Assembly (NCBI GenBank): GCA_032654565.1
Contig: JAULAX010000013.1
Location: forward strand, 1-64,000
Length of the DNA stretch: 64,000 bases
DNA from: Anaeromyxobacteraceae bacterium
GTDB taxonomy: Bacteria; Myxococcota; Myxococcia; Myxococcales; Anaeromyxobacteraceae
Reading direction: 5' to 3'
This document shows, one piece after another, positions 35,548 to 45,900 of the stretch. Under the pieces are notes generated by a model. That model saw nothing but the letters and a program-made list of their open reading frames with translations. It was not told where the DNA came from and did not search any database. Made by a program: the position numbers and the translations under genes. Position 1 is the stretch's first letter. Each line of letters opens with the position of its first letter.

Positions 35548-36602
35548 GGCCGGCCCTCCGGCGCCGAGGGGGACGGCGGAGGGGCGGTCGACGCCGGCAT
35601 CGGCCCGAGGTCCAGCACCGCCGGGGGCACCGGCCGCGCCGGCTCGGGCACGGCGCCGCGCAGCAGCCAGTGCTCGTTGAGCAGGTCGAGGGCCCGGTTG
35701 GCCTGCAGCACCAGCACCTGCACCTGCCCGAAGAGCAGCTCCAGGTCGGCGCCCCGGCTGCGGGCCCGGTCGGCCAGCTCACCGGCCCGCTCGGCCACCT
35801 TGGCGGAGGCGCCCACCAGGGCGTCCAGCTTGGCCCAGCTCCCATGCAGGTCCTCGAGCAGCACCGCGGTCCGGTCGTAGAGCGCGGCGTCGGTGGCGAG
35901 GCGCCCCAGGGTGCCGCGCCCCTGGCGCACCCCCTGGAGCAGCGCCTCGGTCTCGGCCAGCACCCCGGCGGCGTGGGCCACCGCCTCCTCCCGCTCCACC
36001 GCCCCGGCCAGCCGGTCCAGGGAGCGGACCAGCTTGTCGGCGTTCTCGGCGGTGCGGGACCGCTGCACCTGCTCGAGGATGGCGTCGCTCCGGTCGAGGA
36101 TCGACTGGGTGCGCGAGAGCATGAGCGGGATCTGCTCGCGGATCTGCTCGACGGTCTCGCGGGCCTTCACGGCGGGGTCGCCCTCGGCGACGCCGGCCAT
36201 GAGGCGCCCCTCGGGCCAGGGGGCCGGCAGGCCGCCGGCGTCCAGCTCGATGTGGAGCTCGCCCACCAGGCCGGCCAGCGGCACCCGCAGGGTGGCCCGG
36301 GCGTCCTCGCGCAGCACCTCGCGGGCGGCGTGCAGCAGCGAGAGGCGCGCCCGGATCAGCCCGCCCTCCCGGGTGGCGACCGCCACCTTGCCCACCGCGT
36401 CGCCGGCCAGCCGCACCGGCACCCCGGGCCGCAGCACCGCGGCCTGCGCCGCCGGGAAGGTGATCTCCAGGCTGGCGCGCTGCTCGAAGGCGTTGCGCCC
36501 GCGGCCGACCACCACCAGGGCGCCGAGCAGGAGGAGCAGCGAGGCCAGCACGAAGACGCCGACGATCTCGCGGACGTGGCGGAGCGGAGGGGCGGAGGTC
36601 AT
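35544..36602 (-). CDS. MlaD/MCE-domain protein with long helical C-terminus
   Basis: VGVFVL TM, LRPGVPVRLAG..VGKV MCE motif, GRGTLGRL.TD..LYD, HWLLRG. Confidence 0.85.
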   Translation of the reverse strand: MTSAPPLRHVREIVGVFVLASLLLLLGALVVVGRGRNAFEQRASLEITFPAAQAAVLRPGVPVRLAGDAVGKVAVATREGGLIRARLSLLHAAREVLREDARATLRVPLAGLVGELHIELDAGGLPAPWPEGRLMAGVAEGDPAVKARETVEQIREQIPLMLSRTQSILDRSDAILEQVQRSRTAENADKLVRSLDRLAGAVEREEAVAHAAGVLAETEALLQGVRQGRGTLGRLATDAALYDRTAVLLEDLHGSWAKLDALVGASAKVAERAGELADRARSRGADLELLFGQVQVLVLQANRALDLLNEHWLLRGAVPEPARPVPPAVLDLGPMPASTAPPPSPSAPEGRP

Positions 36603-37276
36603 GGTCGGGTCACCGGAAGTGAAAGGCGTCGGGCGCCGAGCGCCGCGGCCAGGGCCAGGTCGGGGGAGGTCACCAGCAGGGCGTGGCCGGGCTCCCGCGC
36701 CCAGGCGGCCAGCGCGGCGGCCATCTCCGCCGCCGACGGCTCGTCGAGGTCGTCGAGCGGGTCGTCGAGCAGGAGCAGGGCGGGCTCGAGCAGCACCGCC
36801 CGGGCCAGCGCCACCCGCCGCCGCACCGGCAGCCCCACCTGCTCCGGCCGCAGGTCGGGCGCCTCCTCGAGGCCGAAGCGGGCCAGCGCCACGTCGCAGC
36901 GGGTCCGCGGGTGGTCCAGGCCGTGGAACTCGAGGGGGAGGAGGAGGTTCTCGCGCAGCGTCAGGTTGGCGAGCAGCGCCCCGTGGCGCGGCAGCCAGCC
37001 GACCCGGACCAGCAGCGAGGCGGCGGCGCGGCGGGAGAGGGCGGCCGGATCCTCGCCGAAGAGCCGGACCGTGCCGGACCGCGGGCGCTCCAGCCCGACC
37101 AGGGCGCGCAGCACGGCGGCGCCGGCCTCCATGGGGCCGTGCAGGTGGAGGGGCTCGCCGGGCCCGAGCGCCAGGTCGAGGCCGCCGAGGCCGGCGGCGT
37201 GGTCCAGGGCGAGGCCGGAGGTCTCGGCGAAGGGGGCGTCCGGCCGGTCGGCCAGGTCGGCGGGGGCGGTGCTCAC
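36599..37276 (-). CDS. MlaF-like ABC NBD with degenerate catalytic motifs (probable pseudo-ATPase)
   Basis: ABC fold recognisable (GL.RPRSG.V..FG, LTLRENL.LPL, RRVALARA..P.LLLLD), but Walker A=GPMEAGAA, signature=VGLPV, Walker B=DD, H-loop=TSP. Confidence 0.8.
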   Translation of the reverse strand: MSTAPADLADRPDAPFAETSGLALDHAAGLGGLDLALGPGEPLHLHGPMEAGAAVLRALVGLERPRSGTVRLFGEDPAALSRRAAASLLVRVGWLPRHGALLANLTLRENLLLPLEFHGLDHPRTRCDVALARFGLEEAPDLRPEQVGLPVRRRVALARAVLLEPALLLLDDPLDDLDEPSAAEMAAALAAWAREPGHALLVTSPDLALAAALGARRLSLPVTRP

Positions 37277-38070
37277 GCGAGGTAGAGGAGCGCCGAGACC
37301 AGCGTGTTCCAGCCGAAGGAGATGGAGAAGGCGCGGACCACGGTGGCGGTCACGGCCGGGGGCACGTCGGTGGTGCTGCGCCAGGCCGAGAGCCCCTCCA
37401 GGCAGCCCACCGCGGCGATCACCAGGCCGGGGACCACCGTCTTGGCCAGCAGGGCGGCCACGTCGGCGGGCTGGAGCGAGCGGGCCACCTGCGCCAGCAG
37501 GTCGGCCGGCGCCGGTCCACCCAGCAGCGGGGAGAGCAGCGCGCTCGCCCCCAGCGCCGCCGCCAGGAAGAGGATGGTCAGCGAGACCAGCGACACCGCG
37601 GTGCCGAGGAGGCGCGGCACCACCAGGTACTCGAAGGGGTCGATGCCCAGCGCCGCCAGCGTGTCCACCTCGCCGTCGACGCGCATGGTGGCCAGCTCCG
37701 CCGCCATGGCGGTGGCGCTCCGGGCGATGACGATGGTGGCGGCCACCACCGGCCCCAGCTCGCGGACCAGCACCACCACCAGCAGGGTGCCGAGCACCTC
37801 GCCGCCCGCCGCCGCCGACCACGGGGCCTGCACCGCCACCACCAGCGCCACCATGAGGGCGAGCAGCAGGGCGAAGGGGACCGCCTTGACGCCGGTGAAG
37901 TAGACCTGCCGGTAGAAGACCTGGCGCACCGCCGGCCGCAGTCGCCCGCCGCCGGGGAGGAGCGTCCAGAGCACCTCGCCCACCAGCGCCGCCAGCCGGA
38001 CGGCGTAGCCGGCGCCGTCCACCACCGGGGTGCCGGCGGCGCGGGCCAGGGCGAGGGGTCGGGTCCACAT
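37273..38070 (-). CDS. MlaE family ABC permease
   Basis: RQVYFTG, VRELGP, IARS..A.AAELATM....EVD.L...GIDP..YLVVPR, VP.AVT..VV. Confidence 0.9.
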   Translation of the reverse strand: MWTRPLALARAAGTPVVDGAGYAVRLAALVGEVLWTLLPGGGRLRPAVRQVFYRQVYFTGVKAVPFALLLALMVALVVAVQAPWSAAAGGEVLGTLLVVVLVRELGPVVAATIVIARSATAMAAELATMRVDGEVDTLAALGIDPFEYLVVPRLLGTAVSLVSLTILFLAAALGASALLSPLLGGPAPADLLAQVARSLQPADVAALLAKTVVPGLVIAAVGCLEGLSAWRSTTDVPPAVTATVVRAFSISFGWNTLVSALLYLA

Positions 38071-38120
38071 CGGGGCCATCCCAACCTGCGCCCGGCGGCG
38101 CGTCAAGCCGGACGGGCCGG

Positions 38121-39878
38121 TCAGGGGATGCGGAAGCCGTACGCCCGGTTGCGCGCCGTGCGCATGGGAGCCGCCGCCGTCCAGGCCTGCGTGACCGGGT
38201 TCCAGATCTCGACCGTCGCGGTGACGATGGTGCTCCAGTCCGTGCCGGTGCCGCCCCCGGCCACCACCACGCGCCCGTCGCCGAGCACCGCCACGGCCGG
38301 CAAGGTCCTGGCGGTCCCGAGCGAGGGCGCCGTGGACCAGGTGTTGGTGGCCGGGTCCCAGAGCTGGACGGTCGTGACGGCGGCGCTCGCGGCCATGCCC
38401 CCCACCGACCCACCGATCAGCATGACCCGGCCGTCGGACAGCGGCGCCAGGATCCCGGCCCGCTGGGTGACGGCCAGCACCGCACGGGTCAGCCCGGCGC
38501 CGGCCGCCGGGTCCCAGAGGTAGCTGTTCAGCCCGGCCTGGTCGAGGAACAGGACCTTGGTGCCGACCAGCACCATCTGGCGGCTGCCCGGGTCGGGGAG
38601 CGTCGGGGCTCCGGCCGCGGACCAGGCGCCGGCCCCGCCGGCGATGGTGGGGTCGGGGTTGAAGAGCTCGCAGGAGCTCCAGGTGGTGGAGAAGCCGTCG
38701 GTGCCGCCACAGACCAGGACGCGGCCGTCCTGCAGGACCACCGAGTGGATGGCGCCGGCGCGCCCCGTGGTGAGCGAGGCCACGGTGCGCCAGGAGGTGC
38801 CGTCGAAGAGCTCGGCGCTCACCGACACCTGCGCCAGGGTCTGGCCCAGCACGTTCGGCCCCGAGCAGCCGCCGGAGCAGCCGGTGGCTGCGAACATGGA
38901 ACCGTCGGCGAGCGGTGTCAGGACGAAGCTCCCACGGCCGAAGTTCATGGGGGTCACGGTCGACCAGTTCAAGGTGGCGGGATCCCAGATGCTGGCCTGG
39001 TTCTGGCCGGCCTGTGCGCCGGTGACGGGGTGCCCCCCGGCGACCATGACCCGGCCGTCGCCGAAGGCGGCGACGCTGGTCGCCGACAGGTTGATCGGCC
39101 CGCCGGGCGAGGGGATGTCGTTCCCGGCCGGCAGCCAGGTGTCGTTGACCGGATCGTAGACCTCCGACGAGGCGATGGGGACCTGGGTGGCGTCGAAGCC
39201 CATCACCACGGTCATCCGGCCGAGCGCGACCGGCGTGGCCCTGACCTCCTGCGAGTCGAGGCTCTCGCCGGCCATGTTCACCGCGGTGATCACCAGGTTG
39301 TGGGGGGTGCCGTTGGTGAGCCCGGTCAACGGGCTGCCGCTGGTCACGCCGGTGACCTTGGTGGCCGTGTCGCGCAGCACATGCCCGAAGGTGGAGTAGT
39401 AGGCGTTGTAGGAGGTGGCACCCGGGGAGGCCGTCCAGGAGACCGTGAGGGACCTGTCACCGGCGGTGACCGTGACGTTGGTGGGGGCGGCCGGGATCGG
39501 CGGCATGGGCGTGGCCGACGCGGTCGGGGTCGAGGCGGCGCTCTCGATGCCGCCCAGCGTCGCCGTGACGAAGAAGTGGTAGGTGGTGCCGTTGGCGAGG
39601 GCGCCGATGACGTCCCCGATGGCGGCGTTGGAGGTCCTTCGCCAGCTGCCTCGCGGCAGCGACGGGTCCGCGGAGCAGTAGACTGTGTAGGTGACGCCGA
39701 CGGTGGAGGACGGCGTCCAGGAGACGGTGACCGTGGTGTCACCCGCGACCGCCGTGACGCCGGTCGGGGCCGCCGGGGGGACGCCGCACGGGCCGACGCA
39801 GGCGACGGCGCCCGGGTCGAGGATCACCTGGCAGCCGGAGAGGAGCAGGACGAGGCCGATGGAGAGGAGGCGGCGCAT
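38121..39878 (-). CDS. Lipoprotein with two fibronectin type III domains and a Kelch beta-propeller
   Basis: Lipobox LLSGC; PAAPT.VT..AGD...TVSW x2; repeated (L)xDGRV...GG...E.YDP....W Kelch blades. Confidence 0.8.
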   Translation of the reverse strand: MRRLLSIGLVLLLSGCQVILDPGAVACVGPCGVPPAAPTGVTAVAGDTTVTVSWTPSSTVGVTYTVYCSADPSLPRGSWRRTSNAAIGDVIGALANGTTYHFFVTATLGGIESAASTPTASATPMPPIPAAPTNVTVTAGDRSLTVSWTASPGATSYNAYYSTFGHVLRDTATKVTGVTSGSPLTGLTNGTPHNLVITAVNMAGESLDSQEVRATPVALGRMTVVMGFDATQVPIASSEVYDPVNDTWLPAGNDIPSPGGPINLSATSVAAFGDGRVMVAGGHPVTGAQAGQNQASIWDPATLNWSTVTPMNFGRGSFVLTPLADGSMFAATGCSGGCSGPNVLGQTLAQVSVSAELFDGTSWRTVASLTTGRAGAIHSVVLQDGRVLVCGGTDGFSTTWSSCELFNPDPTIAGGAGAWSAAGAPTLPDPGSRQMVLVGTKVLFLDQAGLNSYLWDPAAGAGLTRAVLAVTQRAGILAPLSDGRVMLIGGSVGGMAASAAVTTVQLWDPATNTWSTAPSLGTARTLPAVAVLGDGRVVVAGGGTGTDWSTIVTATVEIWNPVTQAWTAAAPMRTARNRAYGFRIP

Positions 39879-39880
39879 GG

Positions 39881-40834
39881 CTAGAAGCTCCCCGCGAGCA
39901 GCAGGTGGCCGCCGCCGGCGTCCGGGGCCACGGTCACGCCGGTCCGCCCGCCGGAGAGGATGAGGTAGGTGCCGACACCGGCGGCCAGCGCCCCGCCGGC
40001 GAAGAGGAGATCGGCCTTGCGCGAGGCGGACCTGGTCAGGTCGCGCTTGGCCAGGTAGGTCGGGTAGTCACCGGCGGCGCCGGCCTTCTTCTCGGCGTCG
40101 AGCGCAGCCTTGGCCTGGAGGCCGAAGGCCAGCCCCACGGCGCCCAGCGCGGCGCCGGTCCCCGCCAGCGCCCAGCCCCAGGTGCGGCGCGAGGAGCCGG
40201 CCGACTCCAGCCGGACCGGCGCCTCGGCGACCGGCACCGCCGCGGTGGCGCGGGGGGCGGGCGTGGGCGCGATGGCCCGGGCGGCGGGAGGCGCAGGCGG
40301 GGTGGCCGCGGCGACGGCCGGCGGCGGCGCGGTGGCCGGCAGCTCCGCCGGGATCAGCGCCTCGAGGAGCTCGCGCGTCCCCAGCTGGACCAGCTTGACC
40401 AGCTTCTCGGCCTTGCCCTCCACCGACTCGCCGAAGCGCCCCAGCACCCGGGCCCGGCGGGTGTCCACCAGCCTCAGGTCGATGCGGTGGAGCGTCTCGA
40501 TCCGCCCCAGCGTCCCCACCAGCAGGGCGTCGACCCCCAGGGCCCCGCCGATCTCGGCGAGGCAGGCGGAGTCCTCGCTGCAGCCGAGGAGCAGCTTCTG
40601 CCGCTCGAACCCGATCATGGCCCCGATGTCGGAGCGGCCGACGACGTCGAGCCCCTTCACCCGCGAGGCCTCGGTGAGCGCCACCTCGGAGAGCAGCTCG
40701 GCGAGGTAGGCGTCGGTCCCCAGCGGGCGGATCTCCATCACCGCCACCCGTGGCTTCCGGGCGGTCGGCGGGGCGCCGGCCGCCAGGGCGGGCGCGAGGA
40801 CGGCGGCGAGCAGGACGGCGGCGCGGAGGCTCAA
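39881..40834 (-). CDS. Exported protein: CsgG/TolB-N/DUF2380-like domain, Pro/Ala linker, hydrophobic hairpin, C-terminal Phe
   Basis: VAVMEI..GFERQK..GC....CLAEIGGALG; ends GGGHLLLAGSF. TTG start at 40834 inferred (GGAAAGGA upstream). Confidence 0.6.
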   Translation of the reverse strand: MSLRAAVLLAAVLAPALAAGAPPTARKPRVAVMEIRPLGTDAYLAELLSEVALTEASRVKGLDVVGRSDIGAMIGFERQKLLLGCSEDSACLAEIGGALGVDALLVGTLGRIETLHRIDLRLVDTRRARVLGRFGESVEGKAEKLVKLVQLGTRELLEALIPAELPATAPPPAVAAATPPAPPAARAIAPTPAPRATAAVPVAEAPVRLESAGSSRRTWGWALAGTGAALGAVGLAFGLQAKAALDAEKKAGAAGDYPTYLAKRDLTRSASRKADLLFAGGALAAGVGTYLILSGGRTGVTVAPDAGGGHLLLAGSF

Positions 40835-40898
40835 GCGAGGATCCTTTCCGTGACGAAAGCCGGGGGTATCGAACGCTTCGTGCGGATGACCGAACCTG

Positions 40899-42170
40899 TC
40901 ACGCTCCGTCCGTCCCGGCAAGTGGGCGCCGCTCGACCAGCGGCGCGGGGCGGCCGTGGAGCAGGGAGCGCCAGGCCCACTCGGCGGGCCCGACCCTGAA
41001 GCGGCGCAGCCAGCCCACGCAGCCCCAGGCGAGCAACGCGTCGCAGGCCAGCGAGATGGGGAGCAGGGCCGCCGGCCCGAGCCGGCCGTACAGCCCGAGG
41101 CCGGTGGCGTAGAGCAGCAGGCTGCAGAGCACGGTGTGGGCGAGGTAGGCGGAGAGGGAGAGCCGCCCCACCGCCTCGAAGACCCGGCGGGCCCGGGGCC
41201 AGGAGGGGAGCAGCAGCGCCAGCGTCAGCAGGTAGGCCAGCGCCAGGGCGTTGCCCTGGAAGGTGGAGAGCGCGCCGACCAGCCCGGGGACCCCGTACCG
41301 CAGGCCGGTCAGCAGCGCGGCGACGGGCGCCGCGATCCACCACGCCCTCCAGGCCCAGGGCCGGTCCACGCCGAAGCGGTCGTGGAGCCCCCGCCGGCCG
41401 GCCCAGATCCCCAGCAGGAAGAGGCCGAAGAGCTGGGCGTAGTAGGTGGCGTAGGCGACCAGCAGGCCGAGCGTCACCTCGCCGGCCGCCAGCGGGGTGA
41501 AGTCGGCGAGGTAGTCGAGGGCCCGCTGCCGGAGCATCTCACCAAAGGTTCCGTGCGCGTAGGTCGCCGCGGCCGCCGCCGCCGAGGGCAGCGCCAGCCC
41601 GAGCCCCGGGAAGAGGACCCGCCCGCCGGCGGGGACGCCCAGGTGCTCGAGCAGCGCCAGCAGCGGCGCCAGCGCCGGGACCAGGAGCAGGAGCGCCAGG
41701 GCCGCGAGCAGGAGCCAGCGCGGGGGCAAGCGGAGGCAGGGAAGGGCCAGCAGCCCCAGCAGCGCGTAGACCGCCAGGATGTCTCCCCACCAGACCAGCG
41801 CCAGGTGCGCCAGCCCGATGGCGAGGAGCAGGAGGAGCCTCCTCACGGCGAGGCCCGGGGGACGCCCGGCGTCGCGACCCGCCCGGTCGAAGAGGAAGAG
41901 CCCGAGGCCGAAGAGCAGGGCGAAGATCGGGTAGAACTTGCCGTTGAGCAGGGCCATGTTGGCGCCCCCGACCCAGCGGTCGAGGGCGTGGTGCGCGCCG
42001 CCGTAGGCCGTGGTCTCGTCACCGGCCATGGTGTTCATGGTGGGGAAGTTGACCAGCACGATGCCGAGCATGGCGGCGCCGCGCAGGGCGTCGACGGCGG
42101 CGATCCGGCCGGGGGGTGCGGTGGTCGAGGGGCGCTGTTGGGGCGCGCTGGGGCCGGGCCGGGGCTGCAT
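40899..42170 (-). CDS. DUF418/YeiB family membrane protein
   Basis: DALRG.A.LGI..VN, KFYPIFALLFG.G, GDIL..YA, GRLSLSAYL, GP.EW.WR. Confidence 0.88.
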   Translation of the reverse strand: MQPRPGPSAPQQRPSTTAPPGRIAAVDALRGAAMLGIVLVNFPTMNTMAGDETTAYGGAHHALDRWVGGANMALLNGKFYPIFALLFGLGLFLFDRAGRDAGRPPGLAVRRLLLLLAIGLAHLALVWWGDILAVYALLGLLALPCLRLPPRWLLLAALALLLLVPALAPLLALLEHLGVPAGGRVLFPGLGLALPSAAAAAATYAHGTFGEMLRQRALDYLADFTPLAAGEVTLGLLVAYATYYAQLFGLFLLGIWAGRRGLHDRFGVDRPWAWRAWWIAAPVAALLTGLRYGVPGLVGALSTFQGNALALAYLLTLALLLPSWPRARRVFEAVGRLSLSAYLAHTVLCSLLLYATGLGLYGRLGPAALLPISLACDALLAWGCVGWLRRFRVGPAEWAWRSLLHGRPAPLVERRPLAGTDGA

Positions 42171-42249
42171 GACGGGGGAGACAGAGGCTACGCCGAATGG
42201 GACCGTGGCGGTGGCCCCCGCGCCCCCGGGCCCCCGGGCCTCAGGGGCG

Positions 42250-42957
42250 CTAGAAGACCAGCCGGTAACCGACCCGCAGGGTGGCGCCGGACAGGCTGGT
42301 CCCAGAGCCCGCGATCCGGGTGTCGAGGCCGCCCCACTCGAAGAGCGCCTCGCCGGTCAGCTGGCCCGGCCCGAGCGCGTACTCCAGGCCGAGCGGGGCG
42401 CCGAGCCCCAGCCTGGTGGCCTGCTCGGTGGTGGCCGCCATCGGCTGGCCGCCCGCCGTGCCCGTCACCTTGCTCTCGTAGAGGTAGAGGCGCGGCCCCA
42501 GGCCGGCGTACGGCACCAGCGCCCCGAGCCGGGTGTACCGGTAGAGCGCGGTGGGGGCCACCACCACCACGCGCTGCACCAGCTTCCAGTCGTAGGCGGC
42601 GCCGCCGACGCGCGGGTCGGTGGCGTGGCCGCTGGCGGTGGGCTGGGCGTAGCTGACCTCGAGGAGGGCCGCGAAGGCGCGGTCGTGCCAGGGCAGCAGC
42701 CACCCCACCTCGACGGCGACGCCGACCGCGGGCTCGAGCTTGTTGAACGGGAGCAGCCCGCCCACCTTGACGCCGGCCAGGAAGGCCCCCGAGGCCTCCC
42801 GGGGCGGCGGTGGCCTGGGCGTGGCGGGTGAGGTGGTGGCGGAGAGCACCATGGGCCTGGAGGCCGTGACCTTGGACGGCGCCGGCGAGGCGGGCGGCGA
42901 CTGGGCGCCGGCGGCAAGGGGGGCCACCAGCGCGACGAGGACGAGGAGGGTTCTCAT
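42250..42957 (-). CDS. Small outer-membrane beta-barrel protein (OmpA/OmpW-like, about 8 strands)
   Basis: Signal peptide, Pro-rich linker, alternating strands, VPYAGLG, terminal LRVGYRLVF BAM-type signal. Confidence 0.75.
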   Translation of the reverse strand: MRTLLVLVALVAPLAAGAQSPPASPAPSKVTASRPMVLSATTSPATPRPPPPREASGAFLAGVKVGGLLPFNKLEPAVGVAVEVGWLLPWHDRAFAALLEVSYAQPTASGHATDPRVGGAAYDWKLVQRVVVVAPTALYRYTRLGALVPYAGLGPRLYLYESKVTGTAGGQPMAATTEQATRLGLGAPLGLEYALGPGQLTGEALFEWGGLDTRIAGSGTSLSGATLRVGYRLVF

Positions 42958-42965
42958 GGCGGCTC

Positions 42966-45900
42966 CTACCAGACCATGGTCAGGGTGGTGGCGTCGGCGG
43001 CCCCGCTGGGCGCCTCGCCACCGACCAGGAAGATGAAGGCGCTCTGGGCGGCGCTGCCCGAGAGGTACCGTCCCGCGCCCAGCCCGACCCCTCCGACCGA
43101 GGTCCAGGCCCCGGCGAGCAGCGCCGGGGGCGCGCCCGAGATCAGCGCGGAGTGCATGTTGGAGGACGGCACCGCCCCCTCTCCGCCGAAGGTGAAGAGG
43201 GCCCCGGCGGTGGTGAACGGGGCGTAGCCGGCCATGCCGTTGGTGAAGGGGCGCTGGGCGACGAAGGGGCCGAGGTCACCGCCCGCGCCGATCCGGCCCG
43301 ACTCGACGTTCTGGACGAAGGCGCCGCCGCTCAGGCCGCCGCCCAGGTAGAGGTAGCTGGTCCCGACCGGGATGGAGGCGGCGACGGTATGGTCGGCCAC
43401 CCAGGCGCCGAGCTGCCAGCGGGCGGCGGGGGCGGCGCTCGCCCCCGGCGTCCAGGCGGTCCCCACGGCCTGGTGCCCGTTGGCCCGAAGCGTGACCGAC
43501 AGGTGCTCGTAGCTGGCGAGCGGTGCGCCGACGGTGCCGGTGGCCTGGGGGGCCCCGAGCAGCGCGTAGAGGTGGGAGGTGCCGGGGGTGGTGGGGTCGG
43601 CCCCGGCGGCGCCGGCCAGGCCGGTGCGGGCCACGCCCATGGGCGGCAGCGGGGACCAGCGCCCCAGGGCGCCGAGCGGCAGCGGCTGCTGGGTGCCCGG
43701 GATGGCCGAGCCGTCGTCCAGGTAGGTGGTGCCCGCCACCAGCGGCTGGAGCAGCACCGCCGCCCCGGAGGTGCCGTTCACGGTGGGTGTCCGGTAGACG
43801 TCGTAGCCGACCACGTTGGGGAGCGGGACGCCCAGGGCGTCGACCGGCGCCGTCCAGGTGAGCTGGACCTGGATCTTCTTCCCGGTGAAGGTCGGCACCT
43901 TGACGATCCGCTCGTCGCTGGGAAGCGACTCGCCGGACGGGTTGTCCGGATCCGACGCGCCGAAGCGGGTCGTCACCCGGTAGATCCAGTAGCCGGAGTC
44001 GAGCCCGGTGGCGGCCGGGACGATGTCGCCGACGTCGAGCTGCGGGACCTCGGCCGGGTCCAGGATCATGGCCCGCTCGCCCGAGGCCAGGGCGCGCGTG
44101 CCGTCGGTCCCGCCGAACAGGTAGAGGTAGCGCCCCAGGGTGGCGGAGGCGGCGAAGGCGCGCGGCGTCGCCAGCGACGAGCGCGGCAGCGGGGCCCAGG
44201 CGCCCATCCGGCCGAACTGGTCGACCGAGGCCACCTCGGCGTCACCGAAGGGCGTGGCGGCCGAGCCCACGCCGCCGTCGCCGCCGATGGCGTAGAGGAA
44301 GCGGGCCGCGGAGGTGGCGCTGCCGGCGGCGGCCACCAGCGCCCGGCGACCCTTGGCGAGGTTGAGGCCCGGGGCCGCCGTCGAGAGGTTGCCGGCGATG
44401 TCGGTGACGCCGAGCGCCGAGTAGTCGAACCAGGAGCCGTCGGCGTTGGTCAGCCTGAGCACGCAGGTGGCCCCGTTGATGGCGCCGACCGCGATGGTCG
44501 CCGTGACCGAGCAGCTGGCGCCGGTGCAGGTGCGGCCGCTCAGGGTCACCGGAAGCTGGGTCAGGGTGTTCGAGCCGGCGGGCCGGCAGGTGAGGACCGA
44601 GGTGGCCGCGGCGTCGAAGTTGCTGCCGGCCACCACCACGGGGTTGGTGGTGTTGGCCAGCAGGCTCTGCGGCGTCGCCGAGGTGATCACCGGCGGCGGC
44701 GCGGCCTGGACCTTGAAGGCCGCCGGCAGCAGGCCGACGGTGCCGTCCGGATTGACGACGATGAGGTCGTAGCTCCGGGCCGGCTGGTTGGCCGGGACCA
44801 CCGCGGTGAGCGTGTCGGCGTTCAGCCAGGAGACCGACTGGACCTGGATGGCGACGTCGCTGGCCGTAGCCCCGACCGGGTTGAGGAAGAGGCGCGGCGT
44901 GGCCACGAAGGGGTGGTCGTTCGGCGCACCCGCGGCGGTGTCGCGCAGGATGGTGACGCCGGTGCTGGCGCCGGTCCAGCCGAAGGACGGCGTGACCGAC
45001 CGCACGGCCACGGTGGTGCTGGCGGTGACCGTGACGGCATTGGGGAGGACGGTCGGGCAGCCGGTGGCGTCGTCGACGAAGAGGTCGTAGGCGCCGGGGG
45101 CCTGCCCCGGCGGGACCACCACCTGCGCCCGGTTGGGGTGACCGGGCACCTGGATCCCGACCAGGGAGGTGACCGGCGCCTGCAGGCCGTGCGGCACCAG
45201 CTTCACCCCGAGGCTTCCGGTCGCCGGCCAGAGGATGGTGGTGACGTAGATGGTGACGCGGGTGGCCACGCCGTTGAAGACCACCTCGGGGTCGGCGAAG
45301 AAGGCCACCGGGCCGGTGACGATCGAGACCTGCTGGTGGGGGGCGGCGTCGGTGCAGCCGTCGTGGTTGTCCACCACCACGTCGTAGCGACCGGCCAGCA
45401 CGGCGCCGGCGCCGAAGGTGCTGGTGATCAGGGTGCCGCCGCCGTTGACCAGGTTGGAGGCGGCGTTGAGGGTCGGGTTGGTGGTCGTCGAGACCAGCGC
45501 CACGGTCGCCGCCGGGAGGAAGGCGCTGCCGCTCACGGCCAGGGTGCCGCCGCCCTGGCAGAGGGTGGCCGGCACGGTGCCGGTGACCAGCGGCGGGGGC
45601 TCGACGTGGAGGCTGAGCACCTCGCTCGAGCTGCAGCCGGCCGGGGGCGGGTTGGTCACCACCAGCGGGTAGTCGCCGGCGGCGAGCAGGCCGGCCGGGA
45701 TGGTGACGATGAGCCCGGTGCAGCTGGAGACGGCTCCCTCGGCGAAGGCGTGGGCCAGCGGCGTGCACCCGGTGGCGACCACCGAGGTGAAGTCGGCGTT
45801 GCCGAAGGTGCCGATCCGGACGGTCGGCACCGCGCCCCCGACGGTCAGGAAGCCGGTCCCGGTGAGCACCAGCACCTGGCTGGCCTGGGCGTCGCAGAGG

